DNA of 64,000 nt from the human T2T-CHM13v2.0 reference genome, Homo sapiens, in NCBI RefSeq assembly GCF_009914755.1, contig NC_060926.1. One strand, 5' to 3'. The notes under the pieces were generated by a model that ran no database searches, was not told the origin of the DNA, and saw only the letters and a program-made list of their open reading frames with translations. Made by a program: the position numbers and the translations under genes. Shown here piece by piece: positions 48,186 to 63,902 of this stretch. How positions within the stretch are numbered: position 1 is the first letter of the stretch; every line of letters starts with the position of its first letter.

Positions 48186-49914
48186 ATCTACATAGAATAT
48201 GAGAATCTCATGTTTGAGTGGCATTAATTTGTATTTGATTCCACTCCCCTGTTCCCCAAAAAGTGGGAATATTGTTGCACTAGAAAGGATCAAGACTTTG
48301 TTGAGCCTAGAATGGCAAACAAATTTGCATCTGTCCCATTAACAAAGAGCCATTGGAGGCTTATTTGTTTTTGTTTTTTAAGTGGAGAGAACTACAACTA
48401 AAAGACTATGGGGAAGTGTAGTCTGAAAATAGGACACAAAAATGATGAAAGGTATGTCTAAAAACAGAAAGGCCAGTTAGAATGCTATCAGTGTAGTCTG
48501 AGCCTATGCCCAGGATTGATGACTCTTTGTCCTTAACTCCTTCAATCTGACACCTCATCCTTCCATGGTGAAATGGAGAAGTCAGACAAACCTGGGTATG
48601 AATCTCACCCCAGTTCGTTTGCTGTATACCTACCATTGTCAAGTTACTAATCTTCCTGTACCAGTTTTCTCATTCATAAAGAAAGAACAAAAACAACTTA
48701 TCAAAGCATCAGGATAAAAGTTAAACACCAGAACGTTTGCAAATAATTATCATCATTGTAATGATAACAAGAAAGGCAGCAGCAGATCATGTTTATTGAG
48801 TGTTTACACCAAGTATTACACTAGGCATTTTATATAATGCAGCATCTGAACTGCTTAACTTACAATCTTGTACACATTAGGTTCTCAATAAAAATTAATT
48901 CCATAACAACTAACCAGGAATAGGAAACATGTTGCCAAATGAAACAAAATGTCTATGTTTCATTTTTCCCACTAAATACTAGGCTATTCCAGGGATTCAG
49001 AATTGGGCCCAAATACATTTTAAATTCAATTTAACACAGCACAATGCTGTATTAACCGAAACTTTTTTTTTTAAAGAAGTCAGTTTTTACTTATATTTCA
49101 AACTGTACAACTTTCTGAACACAAGGGAATCTAACATTTTACTCCAATCCTTAACAATCTACTCTTCCATTTACATGACCTGTATTGGTGCCCACTGTGC
49201 CAGGGGACTGGGCAGGGCACTGAAGTTAACAGTTCCCTGCAGTCCATAACACAGTCTAGAGTGAAAGTCAGATACTAAGCATTCCTTGCAGAAGGAACAA
49301 GCAAAGGCAAGTGAGAATGAAAACTGGCATGTCAGATGGAAAACTGATCTAAAAGGGAAGGTTTGGATGGTATGTGAAGGACTGGAATACCATGCTAAAT
49401 CTGCCTTTAGCTGACATGTAATGGGAAACATTACATGGGAAACACTGTCTGATGTGAACCAAGGACAAACAGCACCAATACCCATGTTTCAGAAGGGCAG
49501 ATAATTTGGGTGGCCATAAACAGAATGGCCTAAGAGTAAAGGGGGGTGGTTGGAGAAAATAAGAGAGATCAAGAAGGAAACCACTGAGATGGTCCAGATG
49601 AGATGGGATGAGGACCCAAACCAAAGTAGATGGACTAAGTACAGACAAGGCTCTGAATCCAGACAAACCTCTGATGTCTCAGAGACAGATCTTGGTAACT
49701 GAGTAGAAACAGGATAAGAGAGAAATAAAAGTTAGTTCTCAGGTTTCTGCCATAGAAATAGGCACAGAAAATAGATCCAGGGAATGATAAAGAGGAGGAA
49801 AACCAGAAAGAAACCAAGAGGATGGAGAGGATGACGAATGAATCAAGGCCACTGGTGACCTCTGTGCAAACACAATGTCAGGAGAGTAAGAAGATTCCAC
49901 AGCAGCCAGTGGCT

Positions 49915-50110
49915 CAGTAAGAGTGCTTACTAAGTGCCGGGCACTACTTTGCTATACGTTACTAAGTCATTTAAACTTCGTAGTCCTTACAATAACTCTA
50001 GGAGGCAGGCACTACTATATTGTCATTTTTCCAATAAGGAACCTGAGGCAACGAGAGATTAAGCATTCCCAAGGTCATATAGCTTCTAAGTGACAGACAG
50101 GAGCCTGATT
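49915..50110 (-). mobile_element. MIR SINE
   Basis: TAAGGAACCTGAGGC...CCCAAGGTCATATAGC. Confidence 0.65.
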
Positions 50111-51106
50111 GCTGAGGATTCAAGAATGAATGAAAAGTAAGGAAAGAGAATGAGAGAATGAGGGTAAACCTGAGTCATATCTAATATGGGAGTTAGGGCT
50201 TAAAATCACCACAAAAGAAAATCAAGTATATTCAAAATAGCCCTTGAAAATTCCTTAAAACACAAATAAATATGCCTTGTTTTGTGTAAACCACCCTGTA
50301 CATGATATTATTGGTTCCTTTAACTCTCCAGTATTATTTTATGTGGCATTTAATTCATTCACTGGTGGATTTTTTTCATACATATAGAGAGAAAGTGATC
50401 TCCACTCTCTTGCCTGGTCCCCTGAAGAAAAATTTTCACTCATTCCTCAGTATAAGAGAAATTCTGAAAATCAGTTGCTTGATTTTTTTCCCACAGTTCT
50501 CTGACACAACAATGGCCACAGCACAAATTCACTGAGTGGGGGCTGGTGGCCACCACACTGCTTCAGTCACTACCGCACCCCCATCTCTCCTTTCACCACA
50601 GGAACAGGGCTTAACTCCCTCAAGCTGAATGAAATGATGACATAACTCAACACTACTCCTTTACATTTAATTCTAAGTGAGAAGCAACAAGGAAAGCCTC
50701 CCCAGGACATAGACAGTAAAGCTTTTCTACTTGATCTCTGAAGGGAAGTGCCATTCCACAAGGAAAGTCTAAAACTGGAAGGAAGCCAGAGCCTGAAAAA
50801 AAGCACAAGGGATAGGATCTTTAGGTCAGCCTTGAAAAAGAGAAAAAACCACTTATTTCCCTCTGAGATCGGGAGAAAGAATACTGGTCACAGGTGAAAA
50901 CCAAGTCTGCAGGTCAAGTGCGGGCTCTCGGGCTGATGGCCTGAATGTATCTGTTCAGCAGGAGAACGACTTACCTACCACAAAGTGTGGGGTGATGCCT
51001 GGGGAGGAGAGTTCAGAATAGAGAAGCAGAGAATCAACCCAGAAATAATACAGAATTGTCTGAGTGTCCAGTATAGAAGGCCCTGCTCAGAAAGTTTTAT
51101 CTTTCA

Positions 51107-51379
<273 letters not shown>

Positions 51380-52981
51380 TCAATAGCTGGAAATTTAAGG
51401 GTGAACCATGGAATTTAGGTCAATAAATGTTTTTAACTAGTTTGTCATTTTTCTTACCCTTCTCTCTTATATTTTTAAATGTATCATTGCTCTTGCATTT
51501 AATATTTAAAAAATCACAAAATGCTACATTTATTTCTGTTGGTAATATTATATAAATGCTAAATGGTGGTTGGTTCCTGATATTCTAGGAATATTCTAGG
51601 GCTGTAACGAAGACAACCCTCTTTTTGTTTTAGCTCCTTTATCAAGCCTCTTCTGTCCCACAAAATTATTCCCAGATAACTCCTTAGAAATGAACATTTT
51701 AAGAAAATGTGTATCTGTGTTGCATGCTGATGTTACACCAGAGGAAAGAATAAACATTTAACAAATTTCTTTGAGTAAAGAAACTATTTGATGAAGTATG
51801 CTGCAGATAAATCACCCACAAGTTTTAAGACACAAGTGCCAGTGAGTGACAGTGAGTACCCTGACTGCTCGTGTTCTGGATCCAGAGTGGATGATGACAG
51901 AGCCTGCATATCAGAGCCATACTACACACCACATTTAAGAACAAATTCATGGACAGGGTTAAAGTAAATGTTCCCTACAGACAGGCTGCCGTTTTTTATT
52001 TTTAAATTACAAACTTACTGAGGGCAGGATTGATTTCTTTCTTTTCACTGCATCTCTGAAAAATGGAGTGGAAGAAGAGAACCGGCATTTATTAAGTGCC
52101 AACCGTGTGTCAAGTCCTATGCTTTGGCACACGTTAGATCTGTCATTTCCTAATTTTCTCAACTTCTCTGTGAGATAGGCATTATTATCCTCCACTTACA
52201 AATTCAAAACTGAAGCTGGAAAAGAAGGAATCGGTAAGCCTGTTTCAAACCTTTTCTTATTCTCTGTCACACTAAAAAGTATCTTCCACTTATATTGTGC
52301 TTTGCATGTACAAATGCTCAATTAATGTTTTCAATATTTAATTTATGAATTTGAATCTTAATAAAAACACTCCAGAGCTATATGTTACTTTTTCGTAAAG
52401 ATAATTCTAAAACATTAACAGGTATTCTAAGAACTTGAAAGAATATTTATTAATATGAAAAGGAGGAATTTGCCTTGGCTTTTGGCAACAAATAATGAAA
52501 TTATTTTAAAATGTAAAAATTTGTAATTTTTACTTTTTCAAATGGGAGGCAGTATAGTGTGATAAAAAGAGAGGTTCTGAGGAAATGAACCTTCCTCAAC
52601 CTTGACTTTCTCACCAATAAGGCTCTAACAGTACAATTTTCCAGCTCAGAGGCACCTGAGAGGCTTCCCTCAAGAATGAGACACTGAATGGCAAAGAATT
52701 CAGTAACTATAAAGCACTGATGAACATAATGGCAATGATAACAAAAGTCCTAATATAAGGAACCATTTCTTCAGAGCAATCAAACCAAGTGATGTTTTCA
52801 GGCACCAAGGTGCTTCAGGAGCCACGTGTTCCAAGATGTTAGTTCTTCAACCTAGAAATGAAATCTTGGACCATGAATCTTGAAACAACTACAGAATAAC
52901 TTTACACTTAAGCAAATTAAATTTGAGATCGTAACATCCTTTTCATAAGAGTATCAAAATCTTTTGCAAATAATAAAATCA

Positions 52982-53137
<156 letters not shown>

Positions 53138-53513
53138 TTAACGAAAGAGAATTCAAAAATATTAGATTGTGTTTCTATGTTAGACTAAAACATGGTAAAC
53201 TAAATTACCAAACACTTCGAGTGACTAACATAGGTATAAAATTCATTCCATGATTTGCCATCAAAATCAATAGTATCTTCAAACGATGAAATGAAAAGGA
53301 AAGGCTTAAATTCAAGCAGGGGGGTTTTTTAATTTAGACAAAGGAGAAAGTATATTATTAGTTAAGGTTATTTTATGACTATAAAAACAATGCAAGAAAG
53401 ACTTAAATTACCTCTTCTGAGAATCTTTATGAAGAAGCTAGTATCAATATAAATTTGGTAGGTACTAATCATACCTACAGTGGCAGAATGTAATAGATTA
53501 GACTTATACTACC

Positions 53514-53922
53514 TTATGTAGTCTGGGTATTTGTCCCCTCCAAATCTCAGGTTGAAATGTGATGCCCAGTGTTGGAGGTGGGGCCCGGTGGGAGGTGTTT
53601 GGGTCATGGGGATAGATCCTTCATGAATGGCTTAGTGACCTCTCCATGGTAATGAGTGAGTTCTCACTCTGTTCCTTTACATGAGAGCTGGTTCTTGAAA
53701 AGATCCTGGCCTCTCTCATTCCCTCTCTCACCATGTGACACGTCTACTCCCCCTTCACCTTCTGCCATGAGTAAAAGATTCCTGAGGCCTCACCAGAAGC
53801 TGAACAGATGCTAGCACCATGCATGTATAGCCTGCAGAATCATAAGCCAAACAAATCTCTTTTACTTATAAATCATCCAGGCTCAGATATTCCTTTGTAG
53901 CAATATAAAACAGAATAATACA
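53514..53922 (+). mobile_element. MSTB-like MaLR solo LTR in intron 5
   Basis: TTTGTCCCCTCCAAATCTCA...GGAGGTGGGGCC...AATACA; TSD CTACC/GTACC. Confidence 0.85.
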
Positions 53923-55182
53923 GTACCCAAACTATTAAACCATCAAAACTAGCATTAGTCACATTTTAAAATACTACCTATCTTCTCCACAACTATTTTC
54001 CCAATGATTTTCAACCAATATATAGGCTTTAAAATCAATATAAAGAAAACTGGGGAATAAGGTCAAGATCCCTCTGGAATCAAGTCTCCCACCTAATTTC
54101 CTTTATAAATGGACCTGTGTGAAAGCACTTAATTTCACATCTGGATTAGGTGTGCGCCGAGGGAGGAGAGCCAGTGGGGGCCAGGGAGGAGTGACAGTTA
54201 GATGTCTTCTCTTGTAGTTTACTATGCTTGGCTGAGCTTCCAGAAAGGTAATTTATTCAAAGCCACAATCTATGTAATACTTTAGACAAACAAAAAAATT
54301 AATCCAGGGTGTCCATGGTTTACTTTCCTTAAACTCCTGCCTTGGAGCAACTCTGAAGAACTCAGAAGACCCTTTTCTAACAATATGATCACCCTACCAG
54401 GGCAGGTAGAATTCTTGTCAACCTGAGACAAAAACCATAACTATAAGTTACCTCAACTTCCGTGCTACATGTTTACACTCTTAAACAAAGTGCTATGTCA
54501 CCATTATTGTATACTAATGCATACTAAGTGTGTGACCTATGCATAAACACATCTTCTCACTATGAATTTGGGCACACAATAACTTCAGGTTCTACATACC
54601 AAATTCAAAGTCAAATTCAAAGAATGGTGTGTACGTAACTTAGTCATTGCTAAGCAGACCCTACAGAACACTGTCAGATTGCTCTTTTAGATGCATTTCA
54701 CTAGACAGTGACAACTAAATCCTCGACGATGCCTCACTTCACGTGGAACTCTGCTCTAACTCGCCAGCCCAGCAGAGTCCCAGCTTCCCTCTCCAGACTT
54801 GTTTCTTACTATTTCCCTACCTAGTGAAACTGGGTTATTCCTCATTGATATTTCATGCTCTCCTATCTTTTCATATTTGTTCTGCTTAAGATGGAGTGTT
54901 TCACCTCCACCATCTGACAAAACTTCTAATCATCCTTCAAGGTCCACATTAAATGCTACTTTCTCTTTGAGGTCTTTCCTGATCACCCCCAAAGAGAAGT
55001 GAGATATAATTTCCTTCTCTAAATCTCCTCAATGCTTTCATATTTCCTACTGCCCTCATTACTAAGAAATAAGCAGAAGTTATATCTTCCCTACCACTGT
55101 GAGAGTATTTCTGGGGTAGAAACAACGTCATTCATTGAATGGTTCACTATTAGCCCTAATGTTACCATAAGACACGTAAGAA

Positions 55183-55764
55183 TGTTAGGCAGATGGCCAG
55201 AAACAAGCAAGCAGGGGAGCCCTGGGAAAAGTCCTGGAGGCGCTGCCTGCTGACCGTCTGCAAGAAGGCAATGACTACACAGTAGGCTTTTGTTCATTAT
55301 AATAGTAAAAACCACATCCCTGTGTGGAGATTTTAAATGCTAATGAGACATGCGAGGTGTATACTAGCATGTACAACTACAGAGCATGTAGCATGTACAC
55401 ACAAGGAGACTGCTTAAAACATGGTTGCAACTGATACCCTCTCATGCCCCCCTCATGAATAATCATGCAATATTCTCATAAAGAGGGTCCCCCAGCATTA
55501 GCTGCTGCTGGCTCATCCTCTCTTTCCAGCAGCCTGTTCTGAATCATCTCTCAGGGTGTGCTGTCTCTTTAAATAAACACTGCCACTACTGTTTTCCAGG
55601 AGGTCAGCCAGCCAGTCAGCCGTTCCTCTCTTTGAATGCATTTTATCTTCCTTCAATAAACTCTGCTACTTAACCCTTGTTGTGCATCTCTTGGTTGAAT
55701 TTTTTCTTCTAAGAAAACAAGAACAGCAGTTCTTGCAGTACAATTCCAGTACCTTCCGGTAACA
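55183..55764 (+). mobile_element. ERV solo LTR (LTR47-like; family uncertain) in intron 5
   Basis: TGTTAGG...CCGGTAACA termini, AATAAA at ~55655, local similarity to the 10627 LTR. Confidence 0.65.
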
Positions 55765-56869
55765 AGAGGGCTCATTTCTTGTCAACTCTTCTTGCTCCTG
55801 AGGTCAAGGCAGGTACTGATGGCAAATACTGAGGACAGAGGGAGGATCAAGAAGAGAACACTGAATGGCCTACAGCAACCTACAGGTAATTATTTTTTTC
55901 TAGTGTTACAGCAAACACTACTAAGTTTGAGGTCACTTTTAGGTAATGCTAACTTTCAGCACTGTTAAGAATTATATTAAAATCATAATAATGCTTTTTA
56001 AAAAACAAAAATTTTATCAAGAGCAGAAATCCTGAAAAGCTGATCTAAAATACTGATTCTACCTAGCTTTAACAGGCAGATATTTATATTTGCGTTACAG
56101 AAAGACTGCCTTGGGATGGAACGAACACAAACTTTTTATTCAGAAGGCAAGACAGTGCCTCCGATCAACAGCTTAACATCTCTAAGGAGACTACCTGCTG
56201 GCCTGAGCCCTGCCCTCGAATCTGCCACATAACATGGCCTCCTACTGCTGACACAGTAAAATGGAATGATCCATCTGTAAAAGGTCCATAAGGAAAAAAG
56301 GGAAGGATAAATTTCAAGTTTTAATTTTTATCTAATAATCTTGGCTTGGCAAAATAAATTCATAGTCAGGCTTGATCAACCAGCCTGAAATTTGAATATC
56401 TTGACCACACACTGATTCTCCAATTAAGAACAATGTTCTCCTACCACCTGGTTCAGTAAAAGACCACCAATGGTGCTTGAGATTCTATAGCAGCTACCTT
56501 CTTCACTAGACTATAATTTTCAATGGGTCAATAAATAAGAGTCTTCACAACCCCTATATTCCCAGCTTAAAGCACAGTTCCAGGCACAGAAGGTAAACAT
56601 ATATGTTTACTAAGTGAGTTGAAACTGAAAACTCATCAATGGAGTAAGACCACCCTCTTAAGTGAAATTTAATTTTAATAGTTTTAAGATTATTCACTTA
56701 CTGAACCCTAATGCATAACAAATGACAACCACCACAACTTCCACCCCACGTATGTCTCATTTATCACTTTTCCCCTATTCTCAGTGCCTTTGTCCCATCC
56801 ACATCCTCTGTCTTCAACACGGTCCCTCCCCTCTATGGGACATTTCATCATTGAGAAGATTAGGTGGAT

Positions 56870-57995
56870 AATGCCTACCTACTTATGTAATGGTGTATTC
56901 CTATCAAAATCCCAAGAAGAGTTTTTATAGATACAAACAAGATACTTTTAAATAAATATGAAAAAGTAAACTGCATATCCAGCAAAGTATTAGTATCTAG
57001 AACATACAAAGAACTGTAAAAAATAAACCGTAAAAATGTAAACAATCCAATTAGAACATGGGCAAAACCCAAGGAGGGGCATTTCACTGAAAAAGATAAC
57101 AAATGGCAAATAAATTTATTTTAAAAATCTATAAAAAGATAATCAATATCATTAGCCATTAGGCGAATACAAATTAAAACTACAGTGAGCTATCACTAAA
57201 CACTTACCAGAATGGCTAAAATAAAAACACAGTGACACCACCAAATGCTGGCAAGGCTGTAGAGAAACTGGATCATACATTGCTGGTAGACATGGAAAAT
57301 GGCACAGCTACACTGGATAGCAATTTAGCAGTTTCTTAAACTGGATAGCAATTCAGCAGTTTCTTAAAAAACTAACATGCAAGTATCATACAACCCAGCA
57401 ACCATGCTCCTGGACATTTATTCCAAAAAAATGAAGACAATGTTCACACAAAAACCAGTATACAAATGTTTATAGCAGCTGTAATTGTAATAGGCCAAAC
57501 TGAAAACAACCCAGATGTCTTTCAACAGGTGAATGGTTAAACAAACTGAAGTACATTCATACCATGAATACTCCTCAGTAATAAAAAGAAACAAACCATT
57601 GATACACAACAAGCTGGATGAATCTCTAGAGACTTATTCTGACTATAAATAGGCAATCCCAGAAGGCTACATTCTGTATGATTCCACTTATATAACATTC
57701 TTGACATGACAAAATTATACAATTGGAGAGTAGATTACTGGTTGTCAGGAACTGAGAAGGGGGTGGAAGCAGGAGGCACGTGACTAGAAAAGGGTAACAT
57801 GAAGGATACTTGTGGTTATAGAAAAGTTCTCTATATTGACTGTATCAATGTCAATATCCTGTTTATGAAATTATACTACAGTTTTGCAAGATGTTAACCA
57901 TTGGGCTAACTGGATAAAGGGTGATCTGTCTGTATTATTTCTTACAACTACACATGAATTTATAGTTATCTCAATATAGGCAGTTTAAAATTTTA
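56870..57995 (+). mobile_element. L1MC1/2-like 3' end
   Basis: ATCAATGTCAATATCCTG...TTTGCAAGATGTTA...TATTATTTCTTACAACT 3'UTR. Confidence 0.8.
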
Positions 57996-58386
57996 AAAGA
58001 GGCCAGAAGAGTCAAGTATGTGACATGTGGTTGAGAGTAACAAACTGTCTATCATAAGAGAAATAAATAACATGGTGCAGTTAAATATCATCAATTTGGA
58101 ATCCAATCACTTTCTTCGATAACACTCAATTAGCAGATATGCAATTATATTAGCTGTTATTAACAAAAACTGGAAATCCATTACACTATTATACTGCTAT
58201 TACATTACATTATATTCCATTCAGAAATATCCAAGGGACTGAAAAGTCCTTCCTTTCCCTTAACTCTCAACCTAAGGATCTGAAGTCAAGGAGGCTATTG
58301 AGACTATTAGCAATGGTACCAAAATAGGAAGAGTTGGCACAAATAACCATCTTTCTCTCCTCACCCCCTCAAAAATCTTGTAGTGT

Positions 58387-58864
58387 TGAAAGTGAAGCCA
58401 GCTGGACTTCCTGGGTTGAGTGGGGACTTGGAGAAATTTTCTGTCTTACAAGAGGATTATAAAATGCACCAATCAGCACTCTGTAGCTAGGATTGTAAAA
58501 CGCACCAATCAGCGCTCTGTAGCTAGCTAGAAGTTTGTAAAATGCACTAACCAGTGCTCTATAAAAACCCACCAATCAGCGCTCTGTAGCTAGAGGTTTG
58601 TAAAATGGACCAATCAGCAGGACACGGGCAGGGGACAAATAAGGGAATAAAAGCTGGCCACTCCAGTCAGCAGCTGCAACCCACTCAGGTCCTGTTCCAT
58701 GCCATGGAAGGTTTGCTCTTTCACTCTTCACAATAAATCTTGCTGCTGCTCACTCTTCAGGTCCATGCCACCTTTAAGAGCTGTAACACTCACTGCGAAG
58801 GTCTGCGGCTTCATTGAAGTCAGCGAGACCAAGAACCCACTGGAAGGAACCAACTCTGGACACA
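58387..58864 (+). mobile_element. LTR12-family (ERV9, LTR12F-like) solo LTR, antisense in intron 5, TSD GTGT
   Basis: GTGAAGCCAGCTGGACTTCCTGGG start; repeated CACCAATCAGC units; CTGGACACA end; GTGT at 58383-58386 and 58865-58868. Confidence 0.92.
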
Positions 58865-59689
58865 GTGTCACATATTTTCTTCTTTTTTTTAAAAAAAAAA
58901 AAAAAGTCCTTTTTCAAAGGAATTAAAAGCAGTCTCCCAGACGACTGTCTCATCAATGGGTTATGACCATTCACAAAGGCAAGGTCTAAAGGACTTCCCT
59001 GAACTTCTCTTGATTTTCATTTTTTAGGTTTATGCTCACCTTAGAAAGCAGAGCAGTGATCAGAAAGGCAACTCAGCACAGAGCATTCCTTCCATGCTCA
59101 CCTTAAGACCACAGCCTTCAAAACAGACCCAAGAATATAAGAAATATTCAAATATGTACAAGAGCATCAGTGATACATGGATCTGGCCCCACTGGAACTC
59201 AGATGGCCTATGGAGCTCCCTGAAATCTCTCTTGTAAATGAAATTATCAAGTACTGCCACTGGCAGCAGGGCTGACAGCTCCAAGAGACATTGGTAATAA
59301 AGAAAAATCATGATCTTTAACCCAATTCTGTAAACTGCACAGCCGACACCCACTGTGACAATTAATTACCCTTATTAGTAGCCATGGTTTATAGATAGAG
59401 AAAAATATGGTCAATCATCTTTCATGACTGAAAAACAGTATAGTTTAGAGAAATTTTGGTGTAAAGCCTAAACACAAGCCTAATGTGGCTAACTTTGAAA
59501 TGTTACTTTGGCTATTTCCTCAAGGAACTAACCAAGTAGCAGGGCAATTTTCCTGACAGGCCATCTGAGTTGCCTTTCTGATCACTGCCCTGCTTTCTAA
59601 GGTGCCTACAAACCTAAAACATTTTGAGAAAGTTTGTGATATCTAAAAGAACAAGGTAATTATTGAGCAGGTATGTGAATGGCCTTATA

Positions 59690-60510
<821 letters not shown>

Positions 60511-60718
60511 ATCTTTAAACTCCCACCACCAAAAAAATCTTCACTGATTCTGCAGAATTGTAACGGCTTCTCAAATAAACTCATTATATTCAAGATACAG
60601 AATTGATAGACTACAAAACTTCCCTGGTAAATTCTACTCAAGTCAAATTAATTAAACTTGATTTGCAAAGTCAAAAATTCTTTGTGAGTTTTGAGGGTTT
60701 AAGGCAAATAACGTTTTA

Positions 60719-60850
<132 letters not shown>

Positions 60851-60884
60851 TCACAGGTCATACACACAAATACACTCGCATTCA

Positions 60885-61184
<300 letters not shown>

Positions 61185-62439
61185 TTATTATTTGTTAAAT
61201 CATAAACATTGTAAAATAAATTCAATACCATCATTTTAATAATGTCTTGGGGTAAGAAAAGGACACTACCCAGAGACATAGCATTCTTCCCATTCTCAAA
61301 TTTGCTACACTGTCAGAGTAGAACAGAATCAAGCATAGCCCTTTCTCAGCCCATTTGAATGCCACTGTGAATTGAAAGCTTCTGTGACATCTCACTCTCT
61401 ATGGCATGTCAGTAAATCTGAAAGCAGCCTGACAGTGAACAGAGTCAAAGAATGCCAACATATCATCCACAAATGATGCCGAGGGTTAAAAATAATTTTT
61501 TAAAACTCTGTTCAAGATGATAACAGAGGGGGAGACACAAAAAACATTAAAACTAGTATGGAATCAAAAAAAGTCACATCATGGGGATGTAGGTACTTTA
61601 ATGAAAAGTACCTACATTACATAGTTTTCTACCTCTAAAGTCTACAAATACTGCCAGAAGCTATACTGTGACAACAGCAAATATTGTGCTGGGACGTCAT
61701 ATGGATGAAAGGTACCAACCCTACTCATTCAAAAAGCCCTTTGTAAGAGCAGAACGGGTGAAAAATAAACAATATCTGTCAAAAAACTTATAGAATATTC
61801 CAAATGTCACAACTATTTGTGTCACTATAAATTATAAATGGATTGCTTAGCAAGAAGAACTTTCTTTAAAAAAAAAAAAAAGCAAAAAGAGGCTCATGAC
61901 AAAAGAAAAGTCAACCTAGAGGAATTGTAAAAAAACATCTCCTCTCTATATTTTGAGGTTATAAAATCAGCCATAATAGAATTTAAGGCAGGAAGGACTT
62001 TAAATTTGTGCTTTAAAAAATGTAATGCTTTAAAACATACCTTAAAAATATGCAAAAGAAGAGAGGAAGAATACATTTAAGGCTGATCAACACATCATCC
62101 CAAAGAACTAAGTTTATTTCCTAGATTTTTAAAATTAAATACCCAAGAATTTACACTATAGTTTCTTTTAAATACTATTAGTTTTGTATATATTCATATA
62201 AGAGTCAAAAGAGAATGAAAGACTACACACTGAGCTTAAATTAGCTCCCTACAGAGGCAAAATCTGAGATTTCGAAAACACTGTAAAATTTAACTTTACT
62301 TACTTTTTGTATCGTCTGAATTTTTACAAAAAGTACCTATCAGTTTTGTAACAAATAATAAAATTTAATTTAAAAATCATTTTAAAAGGTAACTATTAAG
62401 AAATCAGCAGTTTGCGGAGAATCTAGGACACTGTGATTT

Positions 62440-62690
62440 GTAAATCTGACTCTACAATTTAGTTTCTTCACACGGGACCACTCTACTCCAAGCCATCCTA
62501 AGCCTGCCACTTAATCAGTTGTGAGACCATGGGCAAGATCTCTAACCTCTTTGCACTAGTAACATCGTTATCTTTAAAATGAGGATGATAACAGCACCTA
62601 CCTCCGAGGGTTGTAGTGAGGCCTGAACAGGGCAATTTGAATGAAACACCTAGCACAGTGCCTACTGCATAGTCCCCACTCAGGAAGAAT
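62440..62690 (+). mobile_element. MIR SINE
   Basis: ATGGGCAAGATCTCTAACCTCT...AAAATGAGGATGATAACAGCACCTACCTC...CCTAGCACAGTGCC. Confidence 0.8.
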
Positions 62691-62968
62691 TAAGGGGTGG
62701 TTGCTGACATTTGTACTACTAACATACTGGAAGAAGAAAGGTAAGGAAAGCGTAAAAAGCCCAACAGAAGCCTGGCCACAGTACTTCCTCCCTTAATAGC
62801 TGATTCATACCTAGAAACAAAAATAACACACTGGTTTTGATGGCAATTCAAATTTCTCTAGGTTACTGAATTTTCAAATAGCAAGTGACTCTACCAAAAA
62901 AACATAATTAAGATCTCTACCCAAAGAATGCTCGCTCTTCCCTTGCTTTTCTTGTCTTGCCAAACTCA

Positions 62969-63169
<201 letters not shown>

Positions 63170-63651
63170 TTAGCAACTTAGGAAAAGAAAAACAAATAGG
63201 TTAACTATTCCCAGACAATAACATATATTTACTAAACATAGCTTTGAATCTTGAAGCAAAACAAGCCTCTGAAAAGCCAAAATAGCTATAAACAAGGCCT
63301 CTTTGATTCCCTGTTTTCAAACTTGGCTGATAACCAGAAACTCCCTGTTTCTCAACTCCTCATGTGCTCACACTCCTCAGTTTAAAATTCATGGTAGATC
63401 ATTACCCTCCCACAACAATCTTGGCTTTCTCTCACTTCAACTTAAATATCTGGCAAAACCACAACCTGGGTCAAATCCAATTTTTCCCCTACTTCTAAGC
63501 CTATACATGTGCAGCCAAAAAGTGGCTAAGGGAAAAAAAAACAAAAAAACATGTCAACTGGTCTCATTTTAAATTAATGATCACTCACCTTAAGTAAGCC
63601 TTCAATACTGCCCACCCACCAACCTGTATTTCTCTATCCATTCACTTTTCC

Positions 63652-63830
63652 TCCTCAACCTCAGCATTATTGACATTTTGGACAGGATGATTCTTTCTTA
63701 TGAGAGGTCATCCAGTGCCTAGTGGGACATTTAGCAGCATCCATGGGCTCCACTCATTAGATGCCAGTAGCACACCCTCCTAACTCTCATAATTCCATCC
63801 AGTTAATGACAACCAAAAACAGCTCCAAGG
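63652..63830 (+). mobile_element. MER20 hAT MITE fragment
   Basis: CTCAACCTCAGCATTATTGACATTTTGG...TTTAGCAGCATCC...AGATGCCAGTAGCAC. Confidence 0.8.
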
Positions 63831-63902
63831 ACTGATTCATTTTCACTAGGCTTCTGGGGCTTGACTTCCCCTGGTTTTCCTCTTCTCTTTCTCTCTCCTT
63901 AG

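Noticed and set aside
58440-58620. Repeat-spacer-like array of CACCAATCAGC units resembling CRISPR
   Set aside because: Eukaryotic DNA; these are the known U3 tandem enhancer repeats of LTR12, with no unique spacers or cas genes
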